From Ignicoccus islandicus DSM 13165 (GTDB lineage Archaea > Thermoproteota > Thermoprotei_A > Sulfolobales > Ignicoccaceae), in the NCBI RefSeq assembly GCF_001481685.1, contig NZ_CP006867.1, positions 240,001 through 272,000 on the forward strand: 32,000 nt of DNA. Reading direction: 5' to 3'. The translations under genes were made by a program, and so were the position numbers. The notes beneath the pieces were generated by a model. That model worked only from the letters and a program-made list of their open reading frames with translations, did not search any database and had not been told where the DNA came from. The stretch's first letter is position 1. Each line of letters starts with the position of its first letter. Positions 8,581 through 17,312 of this stretch are shown one piece after another.

Positions 8581-8772
8581 GTGAAAAGGTTGAGAAAGGG
8601 ACTCATTAGCGATATAATAGCGGAATACTTAACTCCAATTAACATGCTCCTATTCATTACGTTCTTGATGATGATAGCTGTAATAGCTTGGTTCATCAAC
8701 GTTTGGTGGACCGTGGAGCAACAGAAGCTCTTGTTACTAAAGCAGTCTCAGCAAGCCGTCTCGGTTCCCTAA
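8581..8772 (+). CDS. Small single-TM protein
   Basis: 63 aa ORF with hydrophobic core INMLLFITFLMMIAVIAWFINVWW. Fits the gap between divergent and convergent genes. Confidence 0.5.
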   Translation: MKRLRKGLISDIIAEYLTPINMLLFITFLMMIAVIAWFINVWWTVEQQKLLLLKQSQQAVSVP

Positions 8773-9350
8773 AGGTAGCCCCTTACGAGGGCGTATCCCT
8801 TCTTTCTCTTCACCTCGACTTCTCTGAAGAGCTCTTTGAAGAGTTCCTCTGCCCGTTCACCGCCTTTAGCGAAAACCATTTGAAGCGATCCGCCCTTAGC
8901 CAGCCTCTCCGGAGCGCCCCTAATTACGCTCTCAACTACCTCTTTGCCTGCCGCGAGCGGCGGGTTACTTACTATAGTTGAAAATTCCCTCAAGCCTAAG
9001 GCATCCGTTGGCTCGTATAGGTTTCCTTGCAAGACCGTTACCTCTAAACCGTTTCTCTCAGCGTTCCTCCTGCTGGCCTTCACTGCTTGGGGGTTCACGT
9101 CCACCATGTATACGTCTAGTTGAGGGTTGAATGCCTTAGCGAAGAGCCCTATTGGCCCGTAACCGCAACCTATATCGAGAAGCTTCCCCTTGTCCGGTAT
9201 TTCCATCCACTCTATCAGTAACCTAGTTCCCAAATCTATTTGGGAACTGGAGAAGAGGCCCGGTGGTGTGGTTAGTACTAGCCTCACTCCCCTAGCTTCC
9301 AATACTATCTCTATCGGTCTCCCGCCTTTTCCCTTTTTATAGTAATGCAA
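8769..9350 (-). CDS. Class I SAM-dependent methyltransferase (RsmC-like)
   Basis: GKLLDIGCGYGPIGLFAK, VDVNPQAVKASRRNAERN and IVSNPPLAAG motifs. Confidence 0.88.
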   Translation of the reverse strand: MHYYKKGKGGRPIEIVLEARGVRLVLTTPPGLFSSSQIDLGTRLLIEWMEIPDKGKLLDIGCGYGPIGLFAKAFNPQLDVYMVDVNPQAVKASRRNAERNGLEVTVLQGNLYEPTDALGLREFSTIVSNPPLAAGKEVVESVIRGAPERLAKGGSLQMVFAKGGERAEELFKELFREVEVKRKKGYALVRGYL

Positions 9351-9406
9351 TTCTTACCCAAGCTTGAAAACTGCTCCTCCGTTATTGGTATTGCGGTGAA
9401 AGGCAA

Positions 9407-10330
9407 TTGTATAAGGTACCATTAAAGACTTTCAACTGGTTCATAGAGGTTCAAACGCCTTGTTCAGCTCACATGCACGGAATAGAAGAAGTTTACTATA
9501 AAGGCAGGAGTCAGTACCAAGAGATAGTCGTAGCGAAGCTCTGCAACGTCGGGAAGGCCCTCATATTAGACGGCAAAATTCAATCGAGCGAATACGACGA
9601 ATGGATTTATCATGAGAGCTTAGTTCATCCAGTAATGATCGCTCACCCCAATCCCAAGAGAGTCGCTATACTGGGAGGTGGCGAGGGCGCTACGCTAAGG
9701 GAAGTGTTAAAGTACGATGTAGAGAAAGTTGTAATGGTTGACTTGGATAGGGAGGTGGTAGAGGTAGCTAAGAAGTTCTTGCCGGAATGGCACAAGGGCG
9801 CCTTCGATGATCCGAGGACGGAATTAGTAATAAAGGACGGTAGGAAGTTCTTGGAAGAAACGGAGCCCGGGTCATTCGACGTAATTATACTTGATCTCGT
9901 CGATCCGTTCGAAGGTGGACCAGCCGCTAAGCTGTACACAAAGGAGTTCTATCAGCTAGTAAAGAGGGCTCTCAGGGAAGGAGGTATAATGGTTACGCAA
10001 GCAACTTCAACGTCCTATACGCTCAAGATGTTCTCAGTAATATATAGAACAGTAAAGGAAGTGTTCGCTAATGCTAACGGCTACCATTCCTTCATTCAAG
10101 CCTTCGATAGCACTTGGGGCTTCGTGTGGGGTTCCGATGCGATTAATCTAAACGAACTGAAGCCGGAAGAGGTAGATTCAAGGATAAAGGCAAGGGTTAG
10201 AGGAGAGTTGAGGTACTACGACGGTTTGACTCACCTGAGCATGACCAACTTACCTAAGCATGTCAGGAAAGCTATGGAAAGTGAGACCATTGTTAGTACC
10301 GATGAGAAACCCTTCCTTCTAGAAGTTTAG
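9407..10330 (+). CDS. speE: Polyamine aminopropyltransferase (spermidine/thermospermine synthase family)
   Basis: GRSQYQEIVVAK, ALILDGKIQSSEYDEWIYHESLVHP, VAILGGGEGATLREVLK and DVIILDLVDP. TTG start. Confidence 0.92.
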   Translation: MYKVPLKTFNWFIEVQTPCSAHMHGIEEVYYKGRSQYQEIVVAKLCNVGKALILDGKIQSSEYDEWIYHESLVHPVMIAHPNPKRVAILGGGEGATLREVLKYDVEKVVMVDLDREVVEVAKKFLPEWHKGAFDDPRTELVIKDGRKFLEETEPGSFDVIILDLVDPFEGGPAAKLYTKEFYQLVKRALREGGIMVTQATSTSYTLKMFSVIYRTVKEVFANANGYHSFIQAFDSTWGFVWGSDAINLNELKPEEVDSRIKARVRGELRYYDGLTHLSMTNLPKHVRKAMESETIVSTDEKPFLLEV

Positions 10331-11676
10331 AGGAACTTATCTTTTAGTTCTTCGACGTACCTTACGCTGTCCTTTACGTCCACGAACTTCTTCTCGACTT
10401 CCTCAACGTCTTCAGCCTTTACTTCTTCCCTTCCCTTCCTATGAGCAACTATTCTGGCTGGCTGCATGAGGTGTATCGCGTACCTCAAGCTCCTCTGTTC
10501 GCCTATTTCACCTAGCTTCTTTACTGCGTCTTCACTCAACTTCACTCCTTCCTCTTCAGCTCTTATTCTAACTATTTCTTCGATCTCGTCCCTCGTGTAA
10601 GGCCTAGTTCTAACTATTAACAATCTGTCCAACATGTCCAGAGGCATTCCGTGGGGAGCTACTTCGTCTGTACCCCTTATTTTGGCCATGCCTCTGTTAG
10701 TTGCCAATACTATTATTGGCGCGAACTCCTTTTCCATCGCTCTTGATAGGAAGCTGAATACCTCGAGATCGAGCATGTGGGCGTCATCGATGAAGAGGAC
10801 GCCGGGCACTAGCTCGCCCTTGCCTTCCTTTAACCACTCGCTCACTAACTTATCAACTTGCTTCCTCACTTCGTCGCTAACGCTCTCCGGACCGAAGCCG
10901 GCAAGTAAGCTGAGCGGGGCTTGTTGAGCAGCGTAGTAAGTGTCTAAATCGTGAAGAGTTAAGGTGTGAACGACTTCCGTTTCTTTGAACACGGGACCCT
11001 TCGGTAGCTCAGTCTCTTTTATTAGCTTTATCCCACTACTCTCCTCCTCTTTGCTTTTAGCTCTCCCTATTTTGTAGACTCTTCCGGTATCCGCGTCTAT
11101 GGCTATCACGTCTCCCCTCCTAATGCCCAATTGCAGAAGTTGGTACGCTATTTCTTCATCAGCCCTCAGCTCCTTTTCGTCGTCCTCTGTTTCGAGAGTA
11201 ATGATAGCTTCCCTAGGCACCTTAACGTAGGGGTTGTAGGGATGCCTTACCATTTTGAACTTCAAGTTCTTTACTACGCCTTCATACACCTTTCTCTTTT
11301 CCTTTATTCTTATTCCTATTGCCCTCCTCATTGCTTGCATCAAGACCTCGCTCTTCCTTGGACTACCCATTATTTCGGAACCGCCTAGAGCAACGAAAGG
11401 CGTGTCTTCGCCGAGCTCCTTCGCTAACGCTATTGCAAGCGCCGTCTTACCGGTTCCAGGCGGACCAACTATCAGAACGCCCCTACCGGCCATTCTTCCT
11501 TCTCTTACCATCTCAACGACTAGTCCTAGAGCTTCCCTTGCCTCCTCTTGACCCACTAGCCCGTCTGCTACCTTCTTCGCCCTGCCTTTCTCATCAAGAC
11601 CCAAACCTCTTATATGAGTATGGAAGCCAACCCTTACTTCGCCCTTACTCGTCTTTGGTATTTCCTCAATTACCAC
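10327..11676 (-). CDS. TIP49/RuvB-like AAA+ ATPase (TBP-interacting/RuvBL family)
   Basis: FHTHIRGLGLDEKGRAKKVADGLVGQEEAREALGLVVEM, Walker A GPPGTGKTALA, VLFIDDAHMLDLEVFSFL. Confidence 0.93.
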   Translation of the reverse strand: MVIEEIPKTSKGEVRVGFHTHIRGLGLDEKGRAKKVADGLVGQEEAREALGLVVEMVREGRMAGRGVLIVGPPGTGKTALAIALAKELGEDTPFVALGGSEIMGSPRKSEVLMQAMRRAIGIRIKEKRKVYEGVVKNLKFKMVRHPYNPYVKVPREAIITLETEDDEKELRADEEIAYQLLQLGIRRGDVIAIDADTGRVYKIGRAKSKEEESSGIKLIKETELPKGPVFKETEVVHTLTLHDLDTYYAAQQAPLSLLAGFGPESVSDEVRKQVDKLVSEWLKEGKGELVPGVLFIDDAHMLDLEVFSFLSRAMEKEFAPIIVLATNRGMAKIRGTDEVAPHGMPLDMLDRLLIVRTRPYTRDEIEEIVRIRAEEEGVKLSEDAVKKLGEIGEQRSLRYAIHLMQPARIVAHRKGREEVKAEDVEEVEKKFVDVKDSVRYVEELKDKFL

Positions 11677-11736
11677 TATCTAATCCCCAGAGACAGATCA
11701 ATCATCGGTTATATTTAAGTTTTTGCATAAATTTAG

Positions 11737-12222
11737 CATTCACCATCCCATGGTGAATCCTCATCTCCACCTCTTGTCCAAATTAACTTTTCAATTTACT
11801 CACAATCAATTTACTCATTTCCTCAACCTTAACCATTTGAATTCAGAAATGATGGTCTCATTAAGCACCTTCAGTTTCTACTAGACTTCATAATGCTCAA
11901 TTCCATTTAAACCTAATCATTCAAAATTGCCTTTAAGAAATCAAATGCAATTTACCACTCTAGAGCTCAGACCATCAGTACATGGTCCTTTCAAGATCGA
12001 TCTTTACAATGAGAAGTTGCATTGAGGGGTTAATAAGCGATCATGGGAACTTTGATGATCATGGGGATTTCCACTCCAGCCTACCTTATACAAGCATATG
12101 CATGCATATATTGGACAACTAATTGAGTTCAAGTTCTGGAAGGGAAGGTGTGAATGTGGAAAGGAGAGCTAAGGGAAAGGGTTAAAAGATGGGGAATTGG
12201 TTGTTTAAATAGGAGGGCAACG
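11737..12222 (+). promoter_or_regulatory. CRISPR leader of array 2 (486 bp)
   Basis: Collinear homologue of 863-1348 with the same length, the same starting palindrome, and the same terminal TTTAAATAGGAGGG. Confidence 0.9.
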
Positions 12223-12985
12223 GTAGAATCCCAATAGGGAATAGAAAGTCTCTTCCATCTCATTCACCTCATACTATACTACTCATGTGCAGTAGAATCC
12301 CAATAGGGAATAGAAAGCTAAGGAGGTCGGCGATATCGTCGAACCCCTCCTCTTGTAGAATCCCAATAGGGAATAGAAAGTTTCGTCATTGTGATGATCG
12401 AAGATGACCACTCTTATTCCTGTAGAATCCCAATAGGGAATAGAAAGAAACGATAGAGCACGTTCACTTCAGTACTTTCGTTTTCGAGTAGAATCCCAAT
12501 AGGGAATAGAAAGTAACGCAATACTCGGTTTTCTCTCGAGTTTCACGCCCGATCCGAGTGTAGAATCCCAATAGGGAATAGAAAGACCCCCGATTCTGTC
12601 CACAATCTCCCGTAAGATTTAAACATGTAGAATCCCAATAGGGAATAGAAAGCAACTTTACCGTTATAGTATCCGAGCGCTATCCTGTCCCTCGTAGAAT
12701 CCCAATAGGGAATAGAAAGAGACTCCGTATGATTCTTTAAAACGGTATAGGCTTCCATTGTAGAATCCCAATAGGGAATAGAAAGCTCGTTGAAATCGAA
12801 CTATCAAAGCACCATGCAATCATATCTAGTAGAATCCCAATAGGGAATAGAAAGACGCATCTTGGAGAAGCTGAACGTACCAATTCCGAAAGAAGTAGAA
12901 TCCCAAGATGGAATAGAAAGCCCTCCAAAACTTTGCCGTACTGGGTGGCTACGTGTTTGGTAGAGATCCATGATGAAATGGAAAC
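12223..12985 (+). CRISPR. CRISPR array 2: 12 repeats of 26 nt, 11 spacers of 37-46 nt
   Basis: Repeats start at 12223,12292,12355,12422,12488,12560,12627,12694,12760,12829,12895,12960. R1-R10 are GTAGAATCCCAATAGGGAATAGAAAG; R11 is GTAGAATCCCAAGATGGAATAGAAAG; R12 is GTAGAGATCCATGATGAAATGGAAAC. Confidence 0.99.
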
Positions 12986-13174
12986 TTATTTCCTTCATAG
13001 AAAATGAATGAAAAAAGTTCACTCAAGCGCGCGAAAACGAATGGATAAAATTGGTTCCGAATCGAAGCCAATTCGAAGTTCACTTTAAATTTCCAACTCG
13101 TCTCTGTAGAAACTGGCCCCGTAGCTCAGCCAGGAGGAGCGCGGGCCTTCGGAGCCGCTAGGGTCCCCGGGCCC

Positions 13175-13256
13175 GCTAATCCCGGTGGGGCTGCCACTTA
13201 TATGCCCTATTTTGTAGCCCCAAAATATTGTTTGTCTTATTTAGGGGTTAGCTGAA
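13175..13256 (+). tRNA. tRNA-Arg(UCG)-like sequence, structurally aberrant; possible pseudo-tRNA (encoded CCA at 13254-13256)
   Basis: Acceptor GGCCCCG/TGGGGCT pairs (with two G-T), discriminator G plus CCA. D-arm GCTC..GAGC. Anticodon loop CTTCGGA. T-stem CCGGG/CCCGG. The anticodon stem has a bulged G, the variable loop is 8 nt, and the T-loop CCCGCTAAT lacks TTC. TTTAAAT lies about 25-30 nt upstream. Confidence 0.55.
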
Positions 13257-13264
13257 TGTTGCTA

Positions 13265-13705
13265 TTATTTTAACAGTTTTCTTACTGCTTCAGTTATAGT
13301 CCATATTTCTACTATTTTAGCCCTTCTTAGGTTTTGGAAGTCTTTGTCATTAGTTATTAGGATGCAGTGTGCTTTGAGGCATGTTGCAGCGTGGTATATG
13401 TCTGCGCTCTCTGTCTCCGGGAAATATTGTTTAACCCTATTAACGTCGTCGTTGCTCGGGCGCTCTAATTTGGCCTTATCTTTTATCAGTGAGTATAGGT
13501 GTTCCGCTTGTTCGCGTATTCTGGGGAGTCTAGTAGATAGTATTTTAAACCACTTCTCATATTCTTTGAGGAGTACATCATCTACAATTAGTTCAACCTC
13601 GGGGTCTAGTAGTAATTTTAGGAGGAGTTCTGTTGTTGTCGTGTAACCTGATTTGAATGCCGATATAAAGACATTTGTGTCAATCATGTATCTTTTGTTT
13701 TGCAA
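13265..13705 (-). CDS. PIN-domain toxin (VapC-like)
   Basis: YMIDTNVFISAFKSG, ESADIYHAATC and ILITNDKDF match PIN catalytic acidic residue patterns. Overlaps the upstream AbrB gene by 26 nt. Confidence 0.85.
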   Translation of the reverse strand: MQNKRYMIDTNVFISAFKSGYTTTTELLLKLLLDPEVELIVDDVLLKEYEKWFKILSTRLPRIREQAEHLYSLIKDKAKLERPSNDDVNRVKQYFPETESADIYHAATCLKAHCILITNDKDFQNLRRAKIVEIWTITEAVRKLLK

Positions 13706-13940
13706 GCTCGTTGGCCTCCTCTTCTATCTCCCTCTCTATCGCACTTATCTCCAGTCCGGCTTTTGTCACTTCTTCAGCTATATCCCTAAGCATCTTCTCG
13801 ACATCTATCTTCTTCAAAACAATAAGGTCATCCCTAAGCCCTACAACCATGAATGCATCCCCTCTCCTAAGCTTGAGTTCTTTCCTAAGCCTACTAGGAA
13901 CTACTATTCTTCCCCTATCATCTATGACCACAACACTCAA
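13680..13940 (-). CDS. AbrB/SpoVT-type antitoxin (VapB-like)
   Basis: VVVIDDRGRIVVPSRLRKELKLRRGDAFMVV is an AbrB-type DNA-binding motif. Confidence 0.88.
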   Translation of the reverse strand: MSVVVIDDRGRIVVPSRLRKELKLRRGDAFMVVGLRDDLIVLKKIDVEKMLRDIAEEVTKAGLEISAIEREIEEEANELAKQKIHD

Positions 13941-14196
13941 CCCATAACACCCATATTACCCATTTTACCCACCCATTATTTTAAACCTTGCCAACCAATA
14001 TGCTTAATACAATACACTTGATCATCGATGCTACGATACTATACCCGATTCTCTTGAAAACAAACATAGATATAGGTGCACGCCATAATCAGTACACTTA
14101 ACCGATCCTTACCTCATATGTTTAGATCTCGAAGGCCCCCGTACAGTCAAACCTCATTGTATTAAGTCTTTTCTTGGGAGGCTTAATTATGTGGCC

Positions 14197-14656
14197 TTAT
14201 AGTCTCTCTGTACCTATTATTTTGAGCCATGGTATACGCTTAAAGTCTTCGTCGAACGTTGCTAGCGATTCTATGTTGCTATGCTTGCAAGTTAAGACTA
14301 TTTGCGCATCGTTTGGTGCCAGTCTATAAAACTCAATTGCCTTTACTAGCTCGTCTGGGTCTTGATAATCCCTTAGCATGGTTACTTTGAAATCTCTAAT
14401 GAAGTCGCTAACCTTTTCTATGGCTTCTTCGGGAAATCCGTGCTTGGCTATATGCTTCCTAAAAGAGTATTTTCCCTTAACACCATATTTTTACCCGTGC
14501 AATCTTGGCGCCTACGATGTAGAGCAACTCATTGTATACTATCATAGGGATAGCCATACCTCCTATAATGGCCTCCCGGAGGATTTTCTCTGAGGTATTT
14601 GTTAGTTCTGTTTCAAAGAGGAAGTGATAGATGACATTTGTATCAAGGCATATCAC
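14197..14656 (-). pseudogene. PIN-domain toxin gene with apparent frameshift near 14477-14500
   Basis: GTG start overlaps the antitoxin stop. Frame 1 reads VICLDTNVIYHFLFETELTNTSEKILREAIIGG...YNELLYIVGAKIARVKIWC*. The other frame continues GVKGKYSFRKHIAKHGFPEEAIEKVSDFIRDFKVTMLRDYQDPDELV...LTCKHSNIESLATFDEDFKRIPWLKIIG. Confidence 0.8.
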
Positions 14657-14889
14657 TGGGTTTGTGCCTCCTCCTCGAGCTCCTTGAACTCCTCAACAGA
14701 TGATTTCCCGAGAACACCTCTGTACCTTTTGATTAGTTCATCTATGTCCTCTTCCACTATCACCTTGTACTCTTTGCCCTCCTCAAGGTTGACGCTATTC
14801 AGCGGTTTTAGCACGCCCTTCTCATACTTCACTCTAACAACCTTGGACAAATCTTCCGCACCCATATCAAATGTGGCTCCATTAACCAA
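14653..14889 (-). CDS. Antitoxin of the AF2212-like/DUF104 family
   Basis: SKVVRVKYEKGVLKPLNSVNLEEGKEYKVIVEED is the family signature. Paralog at 15508-15717. Confidence 0.85.
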   Translation of the reverse strand: MVNGATFDMGAEDLSKVVRVKYEKGVLKPLNSVNLEEGKEYKVIVEEDIDELIKRYRGVLGKSSVEEFKELEEEAQTQ

Positions 14890-15066
14890 TTAGCCTTTCC
14901 CCATACCGGGTGTTTCCAAATTATCAGCAATGGTATTCGCGGTGATAAGCGTTCCTAAAGAGCGTTTCCAATTCATGGTTTCACTTGGAAACATGGTTAA
15001 TATGTTATCGGCCTTCGGAACTAATGGTCGCAAGTTCGAGTTCCGGCGGGTCAGCCACCTTCGTAT

Positions 15067-15511
15067 TCACGGGATTACCTTGAGCCATGGAACACGCTTG
15101 AAGTCTTCGTCGAACGTAAGGATAGTATCTATATCGTAGTGCTTGCAAGTTAAAGCTATGATGGCGTCGCTTGGCAACAATCTAAACTCCGTTAGAACTT
15201 TATATAGCTCGTGCTCGGTGTACATGCTTGGTATTAGCCCTATTATCTAATCTCTTAAATAATTCTCTAACAGCGTTCACTACTTCCTCGGGGTACCCAT
15301 GTTTCTTTACCCATTTCTTGGCTAAGTATGCTCCCTTTACCCCGTGTATGTGTTCTAGGTAACGTCTCGTTGACGCATATATTATCTCGTTATGAACCAT
15401 CATGTCAATGACATAATCACCGGGATTCTCTTCTAGTATGGTTAACGCTTCCTCTGTTCTAGGTGTTTTATGGAGGATATAATATAGTACGTTAGTGTCC
15501 ACGAAAATCAC
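15067..15511 (-). pseudogene. PIN-domain toxin gene with apparent frameshift near 15235-15250
   Basis: Frame 1 reads MIFVDTNVLYYILHKTPRTEEAL...HNEIIYASTRRYLEHIHGVKGAYLAKKWVKKHGYPEEVVNAVRELFKRL. The other frame continues IPSMYTEHELYKVLTEFRLLPSDAIIALTCKHYDIDTILTFDEDFKRVPWLKVIP*. Confidence 0.8.
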
Positions 15512-15717
15512 GACTGCCAGGCCTCCTCTAAGTACCTCTCTAGCTCCTCCTCGCTAGACTCGCCGAGAATACCGATAATACCTTTCAGCCTCTCCCTAAT
15601 GTTCTCCTCAATCCTTATCCTTACTTCTTCACCTTCTCTAAGCTTGACGGGTTCTAGAGGCTTTAGCACACCCTTCTCGTATCTTACTCTTATAACCTTG
15701 GACAATTCTAGCCCCAC
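15508..15717 (-). CDS. Antitoxin of the AF2212-like/DUF104 family
   Basis: SKVIRVRYEKGVLKPLEPVKLREGEEVRIRIEENIRERLKGIIG; overlaps the downstream PIN gene start. Confidence 0.87.
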   Translation of the reverse strand: MGLELSKVIRVRYEKGVLKPLEPVKLREGEEVRIRIEENIRERLKGIIGILGESSEEELERYLEEAWQS

Positions 15718-16213
15718 TTATTACATTAGGTGCATTAGGGCAAATTAGCGCTTTACCCCAACCCTACAGCGTGTTTCCAGATTATTCGCCCTGATGCCTC
15801 TAGCGAACTTGAAGTTTCTTAGAAAACCATTAACCCCGACTCTCCAAGGACTCTTTCGTCAACGCCATATTTCGTCTTACCAATCCTGGGTACCAACTGC
15901 GGAACCGGATCTTAGAACAATTCCTTGCAGCCTCGCTCCCGCAATTGTTTTTCCATCGACCTCACGCAGTACGACCTCAGAACACCCTCGTAATCGATTG
16001 GATCTTCATTATAGGAGAGTAAGGCGCACTCCCCTAACGCCCCTTTCGACCCACGGAGCCCCTCGTCCTTTCAATTCGTTGCTATTTCGAAATTTGAGTT
16101 CAGTAACCCCATCGACGGTTCAGAATTTCATAAAGATTTCAATTAATTAAACTAAGACGTTGGAAGTCCCCGAAATTGCGTGAGGGGAAAGCTCTAAATT
16201 ACGGCAGAGGGGC

Positions 16214-17308
16214 TCAATAAGCCCCGTGCTTCTTGGCCCACTCTTCATACATCTTGACGGTCTCGGGCTTAACGCTAGGCTTCCTCCTCTTTAAGGCAGC
16301 CTTCACGTCTTCCATAGTTATAGGCCTCGGATCCCCTATGCCACCGGTTTCCTTGAAGAGCTCCCTCACGGTTATCATATGGGCGTCTCTCAAGATTGCG
16401 ACTATGTCTGCGGATGAATAGCCTTCGGTCAGCCTGACCAGCTCCTCAACGTCTATTCCGTTGTGGTTGAGCCTAGCTAAGGTTTTCTCTATTAAACGTC
16501 TTCTAGCCTCTTCATCGGGGAGAGGAATATATATTCTCTTTTCGAACCTCCTTATGAAGCCTTCGTCCAGTTTCCAAGGCTTGTTGGTAGCGGCGATAAC
16601 GTAAACGAAATACCTCTCCCCCTTGTCCTGAAGGCCATCCATCTCTTTCAAGAACTGGTTCCTTGCTCTGACTTCACCACCGACCTCGTTGGAGTACGTG
16701 CCCAGAAGGGAGTCGACCTCGTCAATGAATATTACCACGGGCCTGCCTTCCTTGGCTATTTCCCTAGCCTTCTTGAATATCTTTGCCACGTTCTTCTCTG
16801 CTTCGCCCAGCCACTTGCTCATAATTGTGGCAGCGTCAACGTAAATGAATTCTCCGTCTATCTCAGACGCTATAGCAGCAGCTAGCATGGTCTTTCCGCA
16901 TCCCGGAGGTCCGAAGAGGAGTATTCCCCTAGGCCATCCCAAGGGGAACAAGTCTGGCCTTTTAGTCGGAAATATTATCGCTTCTTCTATGGCCCTCTTC
17001 GCTTCCTCCAGACCTACTACGTCTTCCCACTTCACCTTGGGCTTGCTCTGGAGCTCTATTTCCTCTTCCTCCCCTCCTATGGGTTCTGGCATCATATCGC
17101 TTTGAAGCAGCTTTATCTTGTTATTTATATGGTCTAGATACTCTAAGTATACGTTCTTTAATGGGTGATCTGGTTCGAGCTCGAGGGCCTTCTTGATCAT
17201 ATTAGCAGCTATCTTGTAATTCTTTAAAGCTTCGTCTTTCTTACCGTTCTTTTCTAGTTGAAACGCCTTGTGGAGGTAACTGTGGGCCACTTGTTCAAGT
17301 TTCCCCAC
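16214..17308 (-). CDS. cdvC: CdvC, Vps4-like AAA ATPase of the archaeal ESCRT/Cdv division system
   Basis: N-terminal MIT-like domain, then Walker A GPPGCGKTML, VVIFIDEVDSLLGTYSNEVGGEVRARNQFLKEMDG, FEKRIYIPLPDEEARRRL. Confidence 0.95.
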   Translation of the reverse strand: MGKLEQVAHSYLHKAFQLEKNGKKDEALKNYKIAANMIKKALELEPDHPLKNVYLEYLDHINNKIKLLQSDMMPEPIGGEEEEIELQSKPKVKWEDVVGLEEAKRAIEEAIIFPTKRPDLFPLGWPRGILLFGPPGCGKTMLAAAIASEIDGEFIYVDAATIMSKWLGEAEKNVAKIFKKAREIAKEGRPVVIFIDEVDSLLGTYSNEVGGEVRARNQFLKEMDGLQDKGERYFVYVIAATNKPWKLDEGFIRRFEKRIYIPLPDEEARRRLIEKTLARLNHNGIDVEELVRLTEGYSSADIVAILRDAHMITVRELFKETGGIGDPRPITMEDVKAALKRRKPSVKPETVKMYEEWAKKHGAY

Positions 17309-17312
17309 CTTT

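Noticed and set aside
10634-11756. Plus-strand ORFs opposite the TIP49-like gene
   Set aside because: Antisense shadow ORFs with no domain signature.
1349-12985. Self-targeting spacers within the window
   Set aside because: By eye I found no spacer matching another part of this window, but this was not an exhaustive search and cannot exclude targets elsewhere.
12464-13022. Minus-strand ORFs across array 2
   Set aside because: Same artefact: recurring SIPYWDST, FYSLLGFY and FLFPIGIL peptides come from the repeat.
13050-13072. Inverted repeat ATTGGTT...AGCCAAT downstream of array 2, considered as terminator
   Set aside because: Short imperfect stem without a following T-run; not distinguishable from chance.
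13344-14021. Plus-strand ORFs 13344-13646, 13653-14021 and 13675-13947
   Set aside because: Antisense to the PIN and AbrB genes; Ser/Ile-rich low-information translations.
14378-15139. Plus-strand ORFs 14378-14593, 14624-14893 and 14930-15139
   Set aside because: Antisense to the frameshifted toxins and their antitoxins.
15794-16150. Plus-strand ORF of 118 aa
   Set aside because: Composition is unlike the other proteins (low Glu/Lys, rich in Pro/Ser/Leu/Arg); no recognisable motif. Treated as chance in a decayed gap.
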